A stretch of DNA of 64,000 nt from Chamaesiphon sp. (GTDB lineage Bacteria > Cyanobacteriota > Cyanobacteriia > Cyanobacteriales > Chamaesiphonaceae). A program made the position numbers and the translations under genes. Of this stretch, positions 29,187-38,526 are shown piece by piece; the first letter of the stretch is position 1; each line of letters opens with the position of its first letter. A model generated the notes under the pieces. That model had not been told where the DNA came from. It saw only the letters and a list, made by a program, of their open reading frames with translations, and did not search any database. The stretch lies in contig CBDFFH010000055.1 of assembly GCA_965246715.1 (NCBI GenBank), positions 96,001 to 160,000 on the forward strand. The letters run 5' to 3'.

Positions 29187-29360
29187 TTAGCTAGCTGCTG
29201 CGGAGGTATCTTCGTTATCTTCCTCAGCCGAAGTACCGCTAGATTGAGGGCGGAATCTCGATTTGAACATCCGACCGCCAGTGGGGCGTTTTCTAAACTT
29301 ACGAGCGTATGCTTGATTACGCTCCGCCTTTTCCTTCTTCAGGTTGCGGCGTTTTGCCAT
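29187..29360 (-). CDS. 57-aa small protein with highly basic N-terminus and acidic tail
   Basis: MAKRRNLKKEKAERNQAYARKFRKRPTGGRMFKSRFRPQSSGTSAEEDNEDTSAAAS; AGAGG RBS upstream; N-terminus resembles a conserved cyanobacterial hypothetical; below the ORF-track cutoff. Confidence 0.8.
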   Translation of the reverse strand: MAKRRNLKKEKAERNQAYARKFRKRPTGGRMFKSRFRPQSSGTSAEEDNEDTSAAAS

Positions 29361-29548
29361 ATTTGCCTCTGTAAAAATAAACGATAATTAACAGCCACCA
29401 ACTCACTAAGAAGTTGGATCTGTTGTGGCCGCGCTAGAAATCCTTAGCTGTCTTGGAAAAAAGATCGAGTCTAACTATCGGAGATTAACCCGATCGGACG
29501 TAGCTGTAGCAAACTCTATCATACGCGATCTCGTCCCAAAAATACTAC

Positions 29549-29621
29549 TAACCCAAGTTGCTACCTGCTTGAATGCCAACGATTTCTAACCGCTTTGCTT
29601 GATAGATAGCAACTTGAGTTA
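29549..29621. mobile_element. Short MITE-like element, same TIR family as 19194-19378
   Basis: TAACCCAAGTTGCTACCT...AGATAGCAACTTGAGTTA; shares internal TTTCTAACCGCT. Confidence 0.7.
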
Positions 29622-29892
29622 CTACCCAGTCCATCGATCGAAATCGCTGGGTTAGAACGATTGCTGGAGCCAGACTGCACTCGATCGGTACGACGAAAAG
29701 ATAATCTCGATCGCGATGGCTTCACGACCCGAATTTTTATATTACAGTGATATATATCACCGCTCGATTGGTTTAGCCGATGCTCTGCCAGTGCTGCATG
29801 ACTAGCCCAACGCCCCAATCTAGCCAAAATTGTCGTCAGTTGGACAGTTGTAAGTCCTAAATTTCGCATCGCGGCACTAGTTATATAGTTAT

Positions 29893-30744
29893 ATGGTCTA
29901 TCGCAGTTCACGAATTAAACTTTCTACCGGACAGATATTCTGGCGCGAAGCAGGCGACAGTAGTTGTCCAGTACTGGTATTTTTGCACGGTAGTTGGCAC
30001 GATCACAATCAATGGCAAGAGATTATGGCACCATTGAGCAAAAGTTTTCATTGCTTGGCGATCGATCTGCTCGGTTTTGGCAATTCGCATGCTACGCAAC
30101 CGCCAACTTCGATCTCCAATGAAGTGGAATGTTTGCATGAGTTTTTGAATGCGCTCAAATTATGCCATCCGGTTTATCTAATCGGACATTCGCTCGGTGC
30201 CTGGATTGCGATCGATTATGCATTAAAGTATCCAGCCAGAACTCAAGGTGTGGTCGCCATCTCACCAGAAGGATTTTTTCTAACTACCAGTCAACAATAT
30301 GGTTTCTTGACCAAATTTTTACTCGCTCATCCAGTGTTACTCAAACTCTGGTTGACGGGATTAAAAGTACTTACATCTGTTAGCGATGGGGCAGCTGCAC
30401 TGGAGCAAAAACAAGCTTATTGGGAATTTCTCAATAAATTCCCCACTACTTGTAAACTATTATTTCAGCGATCGACTAAAGCGATCGGTAGCGAATTAGT
30501 CGCCGATCGATTGGTGCGGTTTAAAGCGCCGATCTTAATTTTACAGCCAGATCTAGATAATGCCGTAGCAATAGCCCAGAGTCAAGCTTATGCTAAAGCG
30601 ATTCGGAATGCAGAATATCGATCGATCCAAACGGTAGCGCCGATCTCTCCCACACAATCGCTTCAGCAAACGATCGGAGAAATTCAAGTATTCGTCGAGC
30701 GTATTCAACTAAAGATCGATCGCGAAGAAGTTGAGGTTTGGTAA
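29893..30744 (+). CDS. Alpha/beta fold hydrolase
   Basis: FLHGSW, DLLGFGNS, GHSLG nucleophile elbow. Confidence 0.88.
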   Translation: MVYRSSRIKLSTGQIFWREAGDSSCPVLVFLHGSWHDHNQWQEIMAPLSKSFHCLAIDLLGFGNSHATQPPTSISNEVECLHEFLNALKLCHPVYLIGHSLGAWIAIDYALKYPARTQGVVAISPEGFFLTTSQQYGFLTKFLLAHPVLLKLWLTGLKVLTSVSDGAAALEQKQAYWEFLNKFPTTCKLLFQRSTKAIGSELVADRLVRFKAPILILQPDLDNAVAIAQSQAYAKAIRNAEYRSIQTVAPISPTQSLQQTIGEIQVFVERIQLKIDREEVEVW

Positions 30745-30759
30745 GCACTAGGGGATGAT

Positions 30760-31581
30760 TCAATCTTGAGTTTGATTTACAATTGCTGAAAATCCGTGAA
30801 AGATTAATTGGCGATCGATAACCCAGTTTGCATCTAAATCTCCAGCTAAAATCGATTGTAAATATCCTGCTAAAATCTCGCCATCCCCACCAGTAAAGAT
30901 TACCTTACTATCTGGAAATAATTGCTGCCAATCGTTGATAAAATCTCTAATTCCCGAACTAATTACATGGAGAACTCCACTGGCGATCGCGCCTGTGGTA
31001 TCAGCGCTCCAGCGGGGTGGTAGCTGTGCTGGTAATATTACTTCTGGCAGTGCTGCCGTACCGACAAATAACGATCGAAATTGCAATTTTAATCCCGGCA
31101 TAATTGCGCCACCAGTAAGAGATCGATCGCGATTTATTCCGGTAATAGTTAATGCCGTACCGCCATCGATGACTAAGATCGGATAGCCATAATGCTGACC
31201 TGCACCCAATGCCGCTAACGCTCGATCGATGCCCAAAGTTGGATATAGATTTAGCAATGGAATATCTGCTAGCGTAATGTGTTTGACTTGTGGTAATTTT
31301 TGCCAAATTACGGTTTGGGTGGGGACGACAGAACAAAGATAAATTGGGAGGAGATCGATGGCGAGCTGTTGTTCCTTAATTATTTCTCTCAAATCAATCG
31401 GCAATAGCTCTAACAAAGGCTCGCCATTACCTACTGCTAAAAATCGCTCGATAACATCGGTATTTACATAATCTGTATCCCAACTAGCTTGGAGTTGGGT
31501 ATTTAAAAACCAAGCCCAATGATAGCGGGAATTCCCGATCGCTAATGCGATCCAGACTTTTTTAGCGATTCTATCTAGCAT
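30760..31581 (-). CDS. coaX: Type III pantothenate kinase
   Basis: IGNSRYHW, LGIDRAL, VIDGGTALT, GGAIMPG, TGGDG; likely start ATG 31581. Confidence 0.92.
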   Translation of the reverse strand: MLDRIAKKVWIALAIGNSRYHWAWFLNTQLQASWDTDYVNTDVIERFLAVGNGEPLLELLPIDLREIIKEQQLAIDLLPIYLCSVVPTQTVIWQKLPQVKHITLADIPLLNLYPTLGIDRALAALGAGQHYGYPILVIDGGTALTITGINRDRSLTGGAIMPGLKLQFRSLFVGTAALPEVILPAQLPPRWSADTTGAIASGVLHVISSGIRDFINDWQQLFPDSKVIFTGGDGEILAGYLQSILAGDLDANWVIDRQLIFHGFSAIVNQTQD

Positions 31582-31585
31582 CTGT

Positions 31586-31605
31586 GTCGGGTGGGCACTG
31601 CCCAC
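31586..31605. repeat. REP-like palindrome GTCGGGTGGGCACTGCCCAC
   Basis: GTGGGCA-C-TGCCCAC hairpin; matches the IS4 target site at 50797-50814/52296-52308. Confidence 0.7.
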
Positions 31606-31644
31606 AGTCTAGGTTGTAGCTCTACAATCGGCTGGAAAATATTG

Positions 31645-32223
31645 CTAGGTTCTCGATTGAAGTAATAGTAAAGGCAGTGACTCGAGCGATCGCACAAAGG
31701 GTGCTGTATCGTCTAAACCGCGCGCGAGTATCAATGCGCCTTGAATGCGTAAAATCGCATCTTCAGCCCGATAACGGGCGAGCTGGGCATCGCACCCTGA
31801 ATCTTCGATCGCTAGGGCAACTGCTTCGATCCATCGCAATAATGCCGATTTAATCCGATCGTGAAACAGATCGTTGCTCGATTGTCCGATCGCTAATACC
31901 GCCCACAAGCAGGAGTTTTGTCCTTCATTAAAGAAGCGACTTACCTCATTGCACATAGTCTGAATTTTGTCAACTGGTTTGGCCATGCCGTGTAGATTTG
32001 TCAAAATACTCGTCTCCAGCCAACTATCGACGCGATCGAGTGCTGCGGTTGCCATCTCCACCTTGCCGCCAGGAAAATAGTGATACAAATTTGTTTTGCC
32101 TAAGCCTGTCGCTGTGGCGATGCAGGCTAAACTCGCACCATCGTAGCCATACAGCCGAAATACAGCTACTAACTGGCTGACGAGATCCGCTCTCGATACC
32201 GATCTTACTTTACTATTTGACAT
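31645..32223 (-). CDS. TetR/AcrR-family transcriptional regulator
   Basis: FRLYGYDGASLACIATATGLGKTNLYHYFPGGK helix-turn-helix. Confidence 0.95.
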   Translation of the reverse strand: MSNSKVRSVSRADLVSQLVAVFRLYGYDGASLACIATATGLGKTNLYHYFPGGKVEMATAALDRVDSWLETSILTNLHGMAKPVDKIQTMCNEVSRFFNEGQNSCLWAVLAIGQSSNDLFHDRIKSALLRWIEAVALAIEDSGCDAQLARYRAEDAILRIQGALILARGLDDTAPFVRSLESLPLLLLQSRT

Positions 32224-32225
32224 TT

Positions 32226-32267
32226 TAACGAACGTTCGATATTCTATAGTTTAACAAACGTTCGGTA
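32226..32267. promoter_or_regulatory. Two palindromic TetR-type operators in the divergent tetR/DJ-1 promoter
   Basis: TAACGAACGTTCGATA (32226-32241) and TAACAAACGTTCGGTA (32252-32267). Confidence 0.8.
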
Positions 32268-32281
32268 AAAAGTAACACGAC

Positions 32282-32950
32282 ATGGCTCCAAAAATTTCCG
32301 GTTTTCGGTTGGGCATCTATGTGTTCAAAGATGCTGAAATCATCGACTACGCTGCGCCGTATGGGGTATTCTCGGTAGCGCGACGCTTCGATCCCGAACT
32401 AGATGTGTTTCTAATTGCCGAAAATCTGCGTCCAGTTCAAACCCAAGCCGGATTGACGGTACTACCTAATTACGGATTTAGCGATCGACCAGATATGGAT
32501 GCCTTCCTGATTCCGGGCGGGTTTGGCACCAGACAGGAGTTGCACAATCATAATTTGCACGAGTTTATTCGGCAATTACCCGAATCCTGCTTGCTTACTA
32601 GCATCTGCACCGGATCGTGGATCTATGGGAAAATGGGCTTGCTCGATGGCTTAGCCGCCACCAATCGCAAAGAACCGGATCGACTCGAAGCTTCAAATAT
32701 GGGTCAAATTCCGATCGACAGGCTAGCCACGATCGCCCCAGCGTGCCGGATCAGTCGCGCCAGACTCGTCGATGCCGGGAGGATTATTACGGCGGGGGGG
32801 ATTGCTTCAGGGATGGAAATGGGCTTCTATCTGCTCGAACGCGCTGGCTATGATGAGGCAGTAATTCAGGACATCGCGCGCACGATGGAATATCAGGAAG
32901 CATATAATCTCTATCGTCACGATGTTGAGATTGCCGACAAACAGCATTAA
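32282..32950 (+). CDS. DJ-1/PfpI-family protein
   Basis: FLIPGGFG, SICTGS nucleophile Cys, IITAGGIASG. Confidence 0.92.
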   Translation: MAPKISGFRLGIYVFKDAEIIDYAAPYGVFSVARRFDPELDVFLIAENLRPVQTQAGLTVLPNYGFSDRPDMDAFLIPGGFGTRQELHNHNLHEFIRQLPESCLLTSICTGSWIYGKMGLLDGLAATNRKEPDRLEASNMGQIPIDRLATIAPACRISRARLVDAGRIITAGGIASGMEMGFYLLERAGYDEAVIQDIARTMEYQEAYNLYRHDVEIADKQH

Positions 32951-33018
32951 TTTAGGCTAATTGTAGCTAGAGTTTTGTTTTAGGCGATACTGGTGATACG
33001 TTTTAGGCGATCTTATCT

Positions 33019-33564
33019 ATGGAACTGCCACCAGATCTCAAACACCATCGACTGACACAAAAGGACTTGGAGCGGTTGGCTTACTTGCGATCGATCCAAC
33101 CCGCGCGAAAGGCAACATTAGCGCGTCCTTCCCAAGGCGAACGGATTGCAGATATCGTCACCGAGACAGTTGGTTCGTGGCGGTTTATTATCATCCAGAG
33201 TTGCTTGTTGGCGATTTGGATCTGTTTAAATGTTGTCGCTTGGATCGGACACTGGGATCCTTATCCGTTTATCTTGCTCAATCTTGCCTTGAGTTTTCAG
33301 GCGGCTTATGCAACGCCATTTATTTTGATGAGTCAAAATCGGCAATCGACGATCGATCGAGACAAAGCGCAACAGGATCTCGATTGCGATCTCAAAGCCG
33401 AAATGGAGATCGAGCTACTCCACGAAAAATTAGATTCGCTCAGAGATCGAGAAATCGCCGAGCTAAAACTTGCTGTTGAGCGTCAATATCAGATTATCCT
33501 CCGGTTGGAAGGACTGCTCGATCGGAAAATGGCCGCAAATCATCCCCCAACTCCCGAGATTTAG
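33019..33564 (+). CDS. DUF1003-family membrane protein
   Basis: VGSWRFI, DPYPFILLNLALSFQAAYATPFILMSQNRQ. Confidence 0.92.
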   Translation: MELPPDLKHHRLTQKDLERLAYLRSIQPARKATLARPSQGERIADIVTETVGSWRFIIIQSCLLAIWICLNVVAWIGHWDPYPFILLNLALSFQAAYATPFILMSQNRQSTIDRDKAQQDLDCDLKAEMEIELLHEKLDSLRDREIAELKLAVERQYQIILRLEGLLDRKMAANHPPTPEI

Positions 33565-33854
33565 GCGCGCTTGCTAACAGCTGAAGGCTCGACTGTAGAT
33601 GTGGTACTTTCCCGTGCTGGCAAGGCGGGTGGTATGGCAGAACTCAAAGCTGGCTCCGCAATTTTAATCTCTGGGAGTGACTCGCGGTGAATTTGGCCGA
33701 AGAAGGCAGTTTTGTGCTGGTAATTTGACGCTACAGCCAACAACGCCCCCAAGACTAAATAAGCTGGCAGCGGTAAGGAAATCGCTTGCACTGATTGATA
33801 AAGTTCGGCACCAGCCAAGAGAATAAAGAAGATTGCGATCCAAAATTGCGGCAT
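33561..33854 (-). CDS. Small hypothetical membrane protein
   Basis: Two TM-like helices, LPLPAYLVLGALLAVASN. Confidence 0.7.
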   Translation of the reverse strand: MPQFWIAIFFILLAGAELYQSVQAISLPLPAYLVLGALLAVASNYQHKTAFFGQIHRESLPEIKIAEPALSSAIPPALPARESTTSTVEPSAVSKRA

Positions 33855-34140
33855 AAGTTTAGACTCTGGGATAACCGATCGACTCCATTACCTGCCGCGA
33901 TCTGGGAGCGAGATGGTGGCTGTTAGAGTAAGTTGCTGTCGAGCTACTATGTTAGTTTTACCATAACTTTTGACTCTCGATGCGAGGCGACCGCGCGAAA
34001 GTTTAATTGGCATCAGTAGAAAAACGGATCTAGTAAGTAAAAAAACCGCACGATGCTTGTAATAATCGCGTATTTACAATGCGATCGAATATTTGACAAA
34101 GGTGATAAGCTATTAGGCGATGAGTTAGGAAAGCTTAACT

Positions 34141-34626
34141 TTGGCAATTATCGAAATAACCCCCGATTTCTCGAGTTCCACTACTACCGATCGACTCTTA
34201 GATTCGATCCGTAATCGCCCCGACGGAGTGACAATTAAAGAATTATCAGATACTTTAAATCGTCCCGTCTCTATGCTCCAAATTTGTCTGAAAATCTTGA
34301 TTGCTAGCCGAAAAGTAGCTGTCAAGCAGCATAAAAATGGAGGGCAATTAGCAAAGGTATATGTCTCAAAGTCAGAACTGGCAACCTCACCGTGCCAATT
34401 CAAGCTACCTCTAGATCGTAATTATCCGCGAGTAACACCGATGGATTTACGGGAAGTAGCAGGATTGACCAAAGTTCAACTCGCTGCTGAGTTGGGCTTA
34501 TCGGTGAGGACGATTAATGATTGGGAACAAAACCGTTCTCAACCTAAATTAATACCATCTCAGCTCAAACAGATGATGTCTGTGTATCAATGTACACTAG
34601 ACGAACTAATCGCGGCATTTGAGTAA
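34141..34626 (+). CDS. Protein with two HTH-like domains (N-terminal winged-HTH-like, C-terminal XRE)
   Basis: DGVTIKELSDTLNRPVS and LREVAGLTKVQLAAELGLSVRTINDWEQ; TTG start uncertain. Confidence 0.75.
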   Translation: MAIIEITPDFSSSTTTDRLLDSIRNRPDGVTIKELSDTLNRPVSMLQICLKILIASRKVAVKQHKNGGQLAKVYVSKSELATSPCQFKLPLDRNYPRVTPMDLREVAGLTKVQLAAELGLSVRTINDWEQNRSQPKLIPSQLKQMMSVYQCTLDELIAAFE

Positions 34627-36299
34627 GTGCTAAATAATACCTTGCCATTGGCGATCGCTTGTAATTGAACTACTAGCGGCCCTAATGTATAAATATCTCG
34701 ATCGACAACAGTTCTGATGTCGATCGAGTTTTTTTGTTTTTTCACCCGTTCCAAAAACTGTACGTAAGTAATCAGTTGCCCGTCGCCAACTTGCGGTCGA
34801 TCGTCCAAAATTCCAGCCCGTTTGGCGCGTAATTGTGATGCCACTAATAACACATTAAATTGTTGCCGAATTTGCTCCTCAGTTAGGCGATCGGGATTAA
34901 GATTCACCTGAGCGATCTGTGTATTGCGAGCAAATAATTTCCGGTTGGGAGTAGCATCGATAAATACTTGAATATTGCGATCGCCGACGACATAGTTCCC
35001 GATCGAAAAAACTCGCACTACATAATCGCGACGATCGGATATTTGCTGCTTGAGTTCGGTCAAGCGAGCAGGTGCGACTTCGATTACTTGTTGGGAGCGA
35101 TCTGTATTGTCAGGATCGATCGCTTGGAGCGCATGGAGATTGGCTTGCGTCAATAGTGAGTTAATGGCTTTGGTAGCTGTCTCTGGACTACTAACCTTCA
35201 AAATACTCGTCGCTAACACCCGATCGCGTAAAATCGCAATATTGCCCTGGCGAATCTTTTGATATTCTTGTTCGATATTATTGACTTCTTTTTCTAACGA
35301 AGCTAATCCCTGTCCTTTCGCACGAATCTGCGCTTCGAGCTTTTTGAGCTGGATATCTCTGAGCTTTAATTGTGTTGCCCGAGTTTGAAACTCGCGTTCG
35401 AGCTGTTGATGTTGGTGGTCTTTTTCGGTCAGTTGTGCTTGGCGAACTGCGAGTTTTTGCTGGAGTTGTTTGAGTTGCGTATCGATGTTAAATAGTTCGG
35501 TTTGCTCCAGCTTGAGTTGTGCTTCGAGATTAGTCGATTTGGTAGTTTTTTGTTCGAGTTCGTCGCCTAATTGTTTAACTTTAGATTCGTAGTTTTGCAA
35601 GCGCTGGATTCGATCGACTAAGTTTGGCTCGACAGTAATCGTATTCAATTGCTGTTGGAGTTGCGATTTTTTGAGTGTGACGCTGGCAAGTTGTTGCTGG
35701 AGCGGCATCATCGTCTCGTTAAGTTCGGTGACACGCTGTTTGAGTTCGCGTACCTGTCGAGCGACTACCTGCTGCTGGGCAGTGAGATCGGCGCGACTGC
35801 GGGCGATTTCGCCGACCTCGCTCATGAGGTCGTTGCGTTGAGCGGAGATAGTTTTGAGCTGCTGTTCGGTATTGGTGAAATTCTGAGCGGCGATCGATTG
35901 TTTGAGTAATTCATCCTTGAGCGATCGATCGATCCCCGACAAGAGATTTTTGGCTTCTGACTGGGCATTCCGGGCGATTTCTAGCTCGCGCTGGACGCGA
36001 TCTTTTTGTTCGAGCGCGCGGGCGAGATTTTCTTTGGTATCGGAGAGTTTGCGCTGAATTTTTTGCAGATCGAACACGCCCACTCGCAGTTGTTCGCTCG
36101 CGCCAAACATCAGTGTTAGCACAGAGGCAGAGATCAGTGTGCCCGTAACGATTGTTACCAATGTGGCAGTTTGGCGCGGTCGGAGTTTAAATAGGCTCAA
36201 TCTCGCTTTGCCTACCCGCGTGCCGATTCGATCGCCAGATACAGCGATGAAACCTCCCAAAATTAATAGTACGCCGATTAAAATGTAACCGCTGGTCAT
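34587..36299 (-). CDS. DUF3084-family membrane-anchored coiled-coil protein
   Basis: LGGFIAVSGDRIGTRVGKARLSLFKLRPRQTA N-terminus, long coiled coil. Confidence 0.9.
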   Translation of the reverse strand: MTSGYILIGVLLILGGFIAVSGDRIGTRVGKARLSLFKLRPRQTATLVTIVTGTLISASVLTLMFGASEQLRVGVFDLQKIQRKLSDTKENLARALEQKDRVQRELEIARNAQSEAKNLLSGIDRSLKDELLKQSIAAQNFTNTEQQLKTISAQRNDLMSEVGEIARSRADLTAQQQVVARQVRELKQRVTELNETMMPLQQQLASVTLKKSQLQQQLNTITVEPNLVDRIQRLQNYESKVKQLGDELEQKTTKSTNLEAQLKLEQTELFNIDTQLKQLQQKLAVRQAQLTEKDHQHQQLEREFQTRATQLKLRDIQLKKLEAQIRAKGQGLASLEKEVNNIEQEYQKIRQGNIAILRDRVLATSILKVSSPETATKAINSLLTQANLHALQAIDPDNTDRSQQVIEVAPARLTELKQQISDRRDYVVRVFSIGNYVVGDRNIQVFIDATPNRKLFARNTQIAQVNLNPDRLTEEQIRQQFNVLLVASQLRAKRAGILDDRPQVGDGQLITYVQFLERVKKQKNSIDIRTVVDRDIYTLGPLVVQLQAIANGKVLFSTYSNAAISSSSVH

Positions 36300-36695
36300 A
36301 TATGAAGATGAATCAAAAATTTTTGGCAGAAATTAACACTAACTAGTCTCTGGGCTGTTAGTCACATTTTCGGCACCGATCCCATCCAAAAAAATTTTCG
36401 ATAGCTTGTCATCTACCGTTGGATGTTGTAATAGACTGAGGGCTGAAGTTTAGCTCGGTAACGGCAATCGGTCACAAGTAACAGCCGCAAGCTGCATGTC
36501 GAGCGGGAAGATAAAAATTTTCAGAGGTAGAGCCAAATTGTAGTGAGGAGGCTAATGTCAATGATATCACAGCGATCGAAGGAAAGCGATCGGCAAAAAT
36601 GACCGCTTGCCACAAATTAATCTCGCAGATCGATCGATCTATCTGTCTCAATGTGGCATAGAATCTAGGGATTGGTTGTAGTGGATTAATTGCCA

Positions 36696-37601
36696 ATGAC
36701 TTTGGGTCTTGGGTTTGCTTCCCAGTTCACAGAATCCTGGTTACGCCAAACTCTAGATCTGGGATTAGTAATTGCCCTCACTTTTCTGGTGCTATTGGCC
36801 GTCAGCGATCGGCGAACGCTCTGGATGGTGCGAGGGCTGATCGTGTTGATGGTGGCCGCCGCGATTAGCGAACGCTGTCAATTTCGGCTGCTGAGTTTTG
36901 TTTTAGACAAATTGGTGGTTGGGGCGGCGCTGGGGATGTCAGTGGTCTTTCAGTCGGAATTTCGCCGCTTTTTAGAGCAATTGGGGCGGGGAAATCTCAT
37001 GCCCTTAATTCGACCGATCCGCCGGGTCAGTAATTCCACAGATCGGGGGATCGATGCGATCGTCGATGCAGTCAAGGAGCTATCCCAACAACGGATCGGC
37101 GCATTGATGATTTTAGAAACCACGGCGATGATGGACGAGCGGGATTTTGCCGTACCTGGGGTCAAGTTAGATGCCGAATTATCGAAAGAACTCCTGCAAA
37201 CAATTTTTCAAAATACCACGCTGCTTCATGATGGCGCGGTCTTTATTCGCGGCGATCGAGTCATCGCTGCTGGTGTCATTCTCCCTTTATCCGATCGCGC
37301 TGCTTCTCGCCAATTAGGGACGCGGCATCGGGCGGCAATGGGTATTACCGAACGCACGAACAATTGTCTCTGTATCGTCGTCTCGGAAGAGACTGGTTCG
37401 ATCTCGCTTGCTGAGGGCGGGGTGCTCGATCGACCCCTGACAAGCAGTAAACTGAAAGAACTATTAGAAATCCGATTTGCACCTGCTGTCGAACGCGAAT
37501 CTGTCGCGCCAAATTTACTCAGCTTGGGGCGCAAGTTTAGTTCTCACGGTATGATGATATTTCGCCAACTGCTGAAGTTGCCAGGAGATAAACGAAAATA
37601 G
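36696..37601 (+). CDS. cdaA: Diadenylate cyclase CdaA
   Basis: Three TM helices, [33 protein letters not shown]; upstream of uppS. Confidence 0.95.
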   Translation: MTLGLGFASQFTESWLRQTLDLGLVIALTFLVLLAVSDRRTLWMVRGLIVLMVAAAISERCQFRLLSFVLDKLVVGAALGMSVVFQSEFRRFLEQLGRGNLMPLIRPIRRVSNSTDRGIDAIVDAVKELSQQRIGALMILETTAMMDERDFAVPGVKLDAELSKELLQTIFQNTTLLHDGAVFIRGDRVIAAGVILPLSDRAASRQLGTRHRAAMGITERTNNCLCIVVSEETGSISLAEGGVLDRPLTSSKLKELLEIRFAPAVERESVAPNLLSLGRKFSSHGMMIFRQLLKLPGDKRK

Positions 37602-37740
37602 TTCGCGATCGCTACGCTGTCCTGACAGATCGAGCGATCGATTTAGTCCCGATTGTCACCACCACAATTTCTCAGTCCGCCCGCTTCATCAACCACCGTC
37701 ACCTCAGCTCATTTCTCATCCCCCATCTTTCATCCCACAG

Positions 37741-38490
37741 ATGACTCCCAAAACAACCAGTCTCATCGCCTTACCTACCGATTTAGATTGTACTCGCCTG
37801 CCACAACATGTTGCGGTGATTATGGATGGCAATGGTCGGTGGGCAAAACGGCGCGGCTTTCCCCGGATTATGGGGCACAAACGCGGCGCTGATGCTCTGC
37901 GCGATCTGGTGCGGTGTTGTCGGGATTGGGGGATTGCGGCGCTGACAGTCTATGCCTTTTCGACTGAGAATTGGGGCAGATCGACCGATGAAGTCGATTT
38001 TTTGATGACGCTATTCGATGGTCTATTTCAGGCCGAACTTGCCGAAATGGTCGAGGAAAATGTCCGGCTGGAAGTGGTGGGTAACTTAGACGATCTCTCG
38101 CCAGCGCTCTACAATTCGATCGATCGAGCGCGTACCGCCACAGCTAATAATCAGGGTGTAAAATTTACAGTTGCGATCAATTATGGTGGCAGACAAGAGA
38201 TCGTCCGCGCTTGTCAGGCGATTGCAACTCAAGTTCAGCAGGGTGTAATTAAAGCTGCCGATATCGATGAAAATACGCTGTCTCAGCATTTATATACATC
38301 GCACTTACCCGATCCCGATCTGTTAATTCGTACCAGTGGCGAAATGCGGATCAGCAACTTTTTGCTGTGGCAATTGGCTTATGCCGAACTCTATGTCACC
38401 GATACATTGTGGCCGGATTTCGATCGGCGGGCATTTCACCGCGCGCTGCTCAATTATCAACAACGCCATCGTCGCTTTGGAAAAATCTGA
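37741..38490 (+). CDS. uppS: Isoprenyl transferase (undecaprenyl diphosphate synthase)
   Basis: [44 protein letters not shown]. Confidence 0.97.
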   Translation: MTPKTTSLIALPTDLDCTRLPQHVAVIMDGNGRWAKRRGFPRIMGHKRGADALRDLVRCCRDWGIAALTVYAFSTENWGRSTDEVDFLMTLFDGLFQAELAEMVEENVRLEVVGNLDDLSPALYNSIDRARTATANNQGVKFTVAINYGGRQEIVRACQAIATQVQQGVIKAADIDENTLSQHLYTSHLPDPDLLIRTSGEMRISNFLLWQLAYAELYVTDTLWPDFDRRAFHRALLNYQQRHRRFGKI

Positions 38491-38526
38491 GAAATTAGGC
38501 ATTAGCAAACTGAGTTTTGCGTTCTT

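Noticed and set aside
29010..29387. 125-aa plus-strand ORF after argH
   Set aside because: Antisense shadow of the better-supported 57-aa minus-strand gene.
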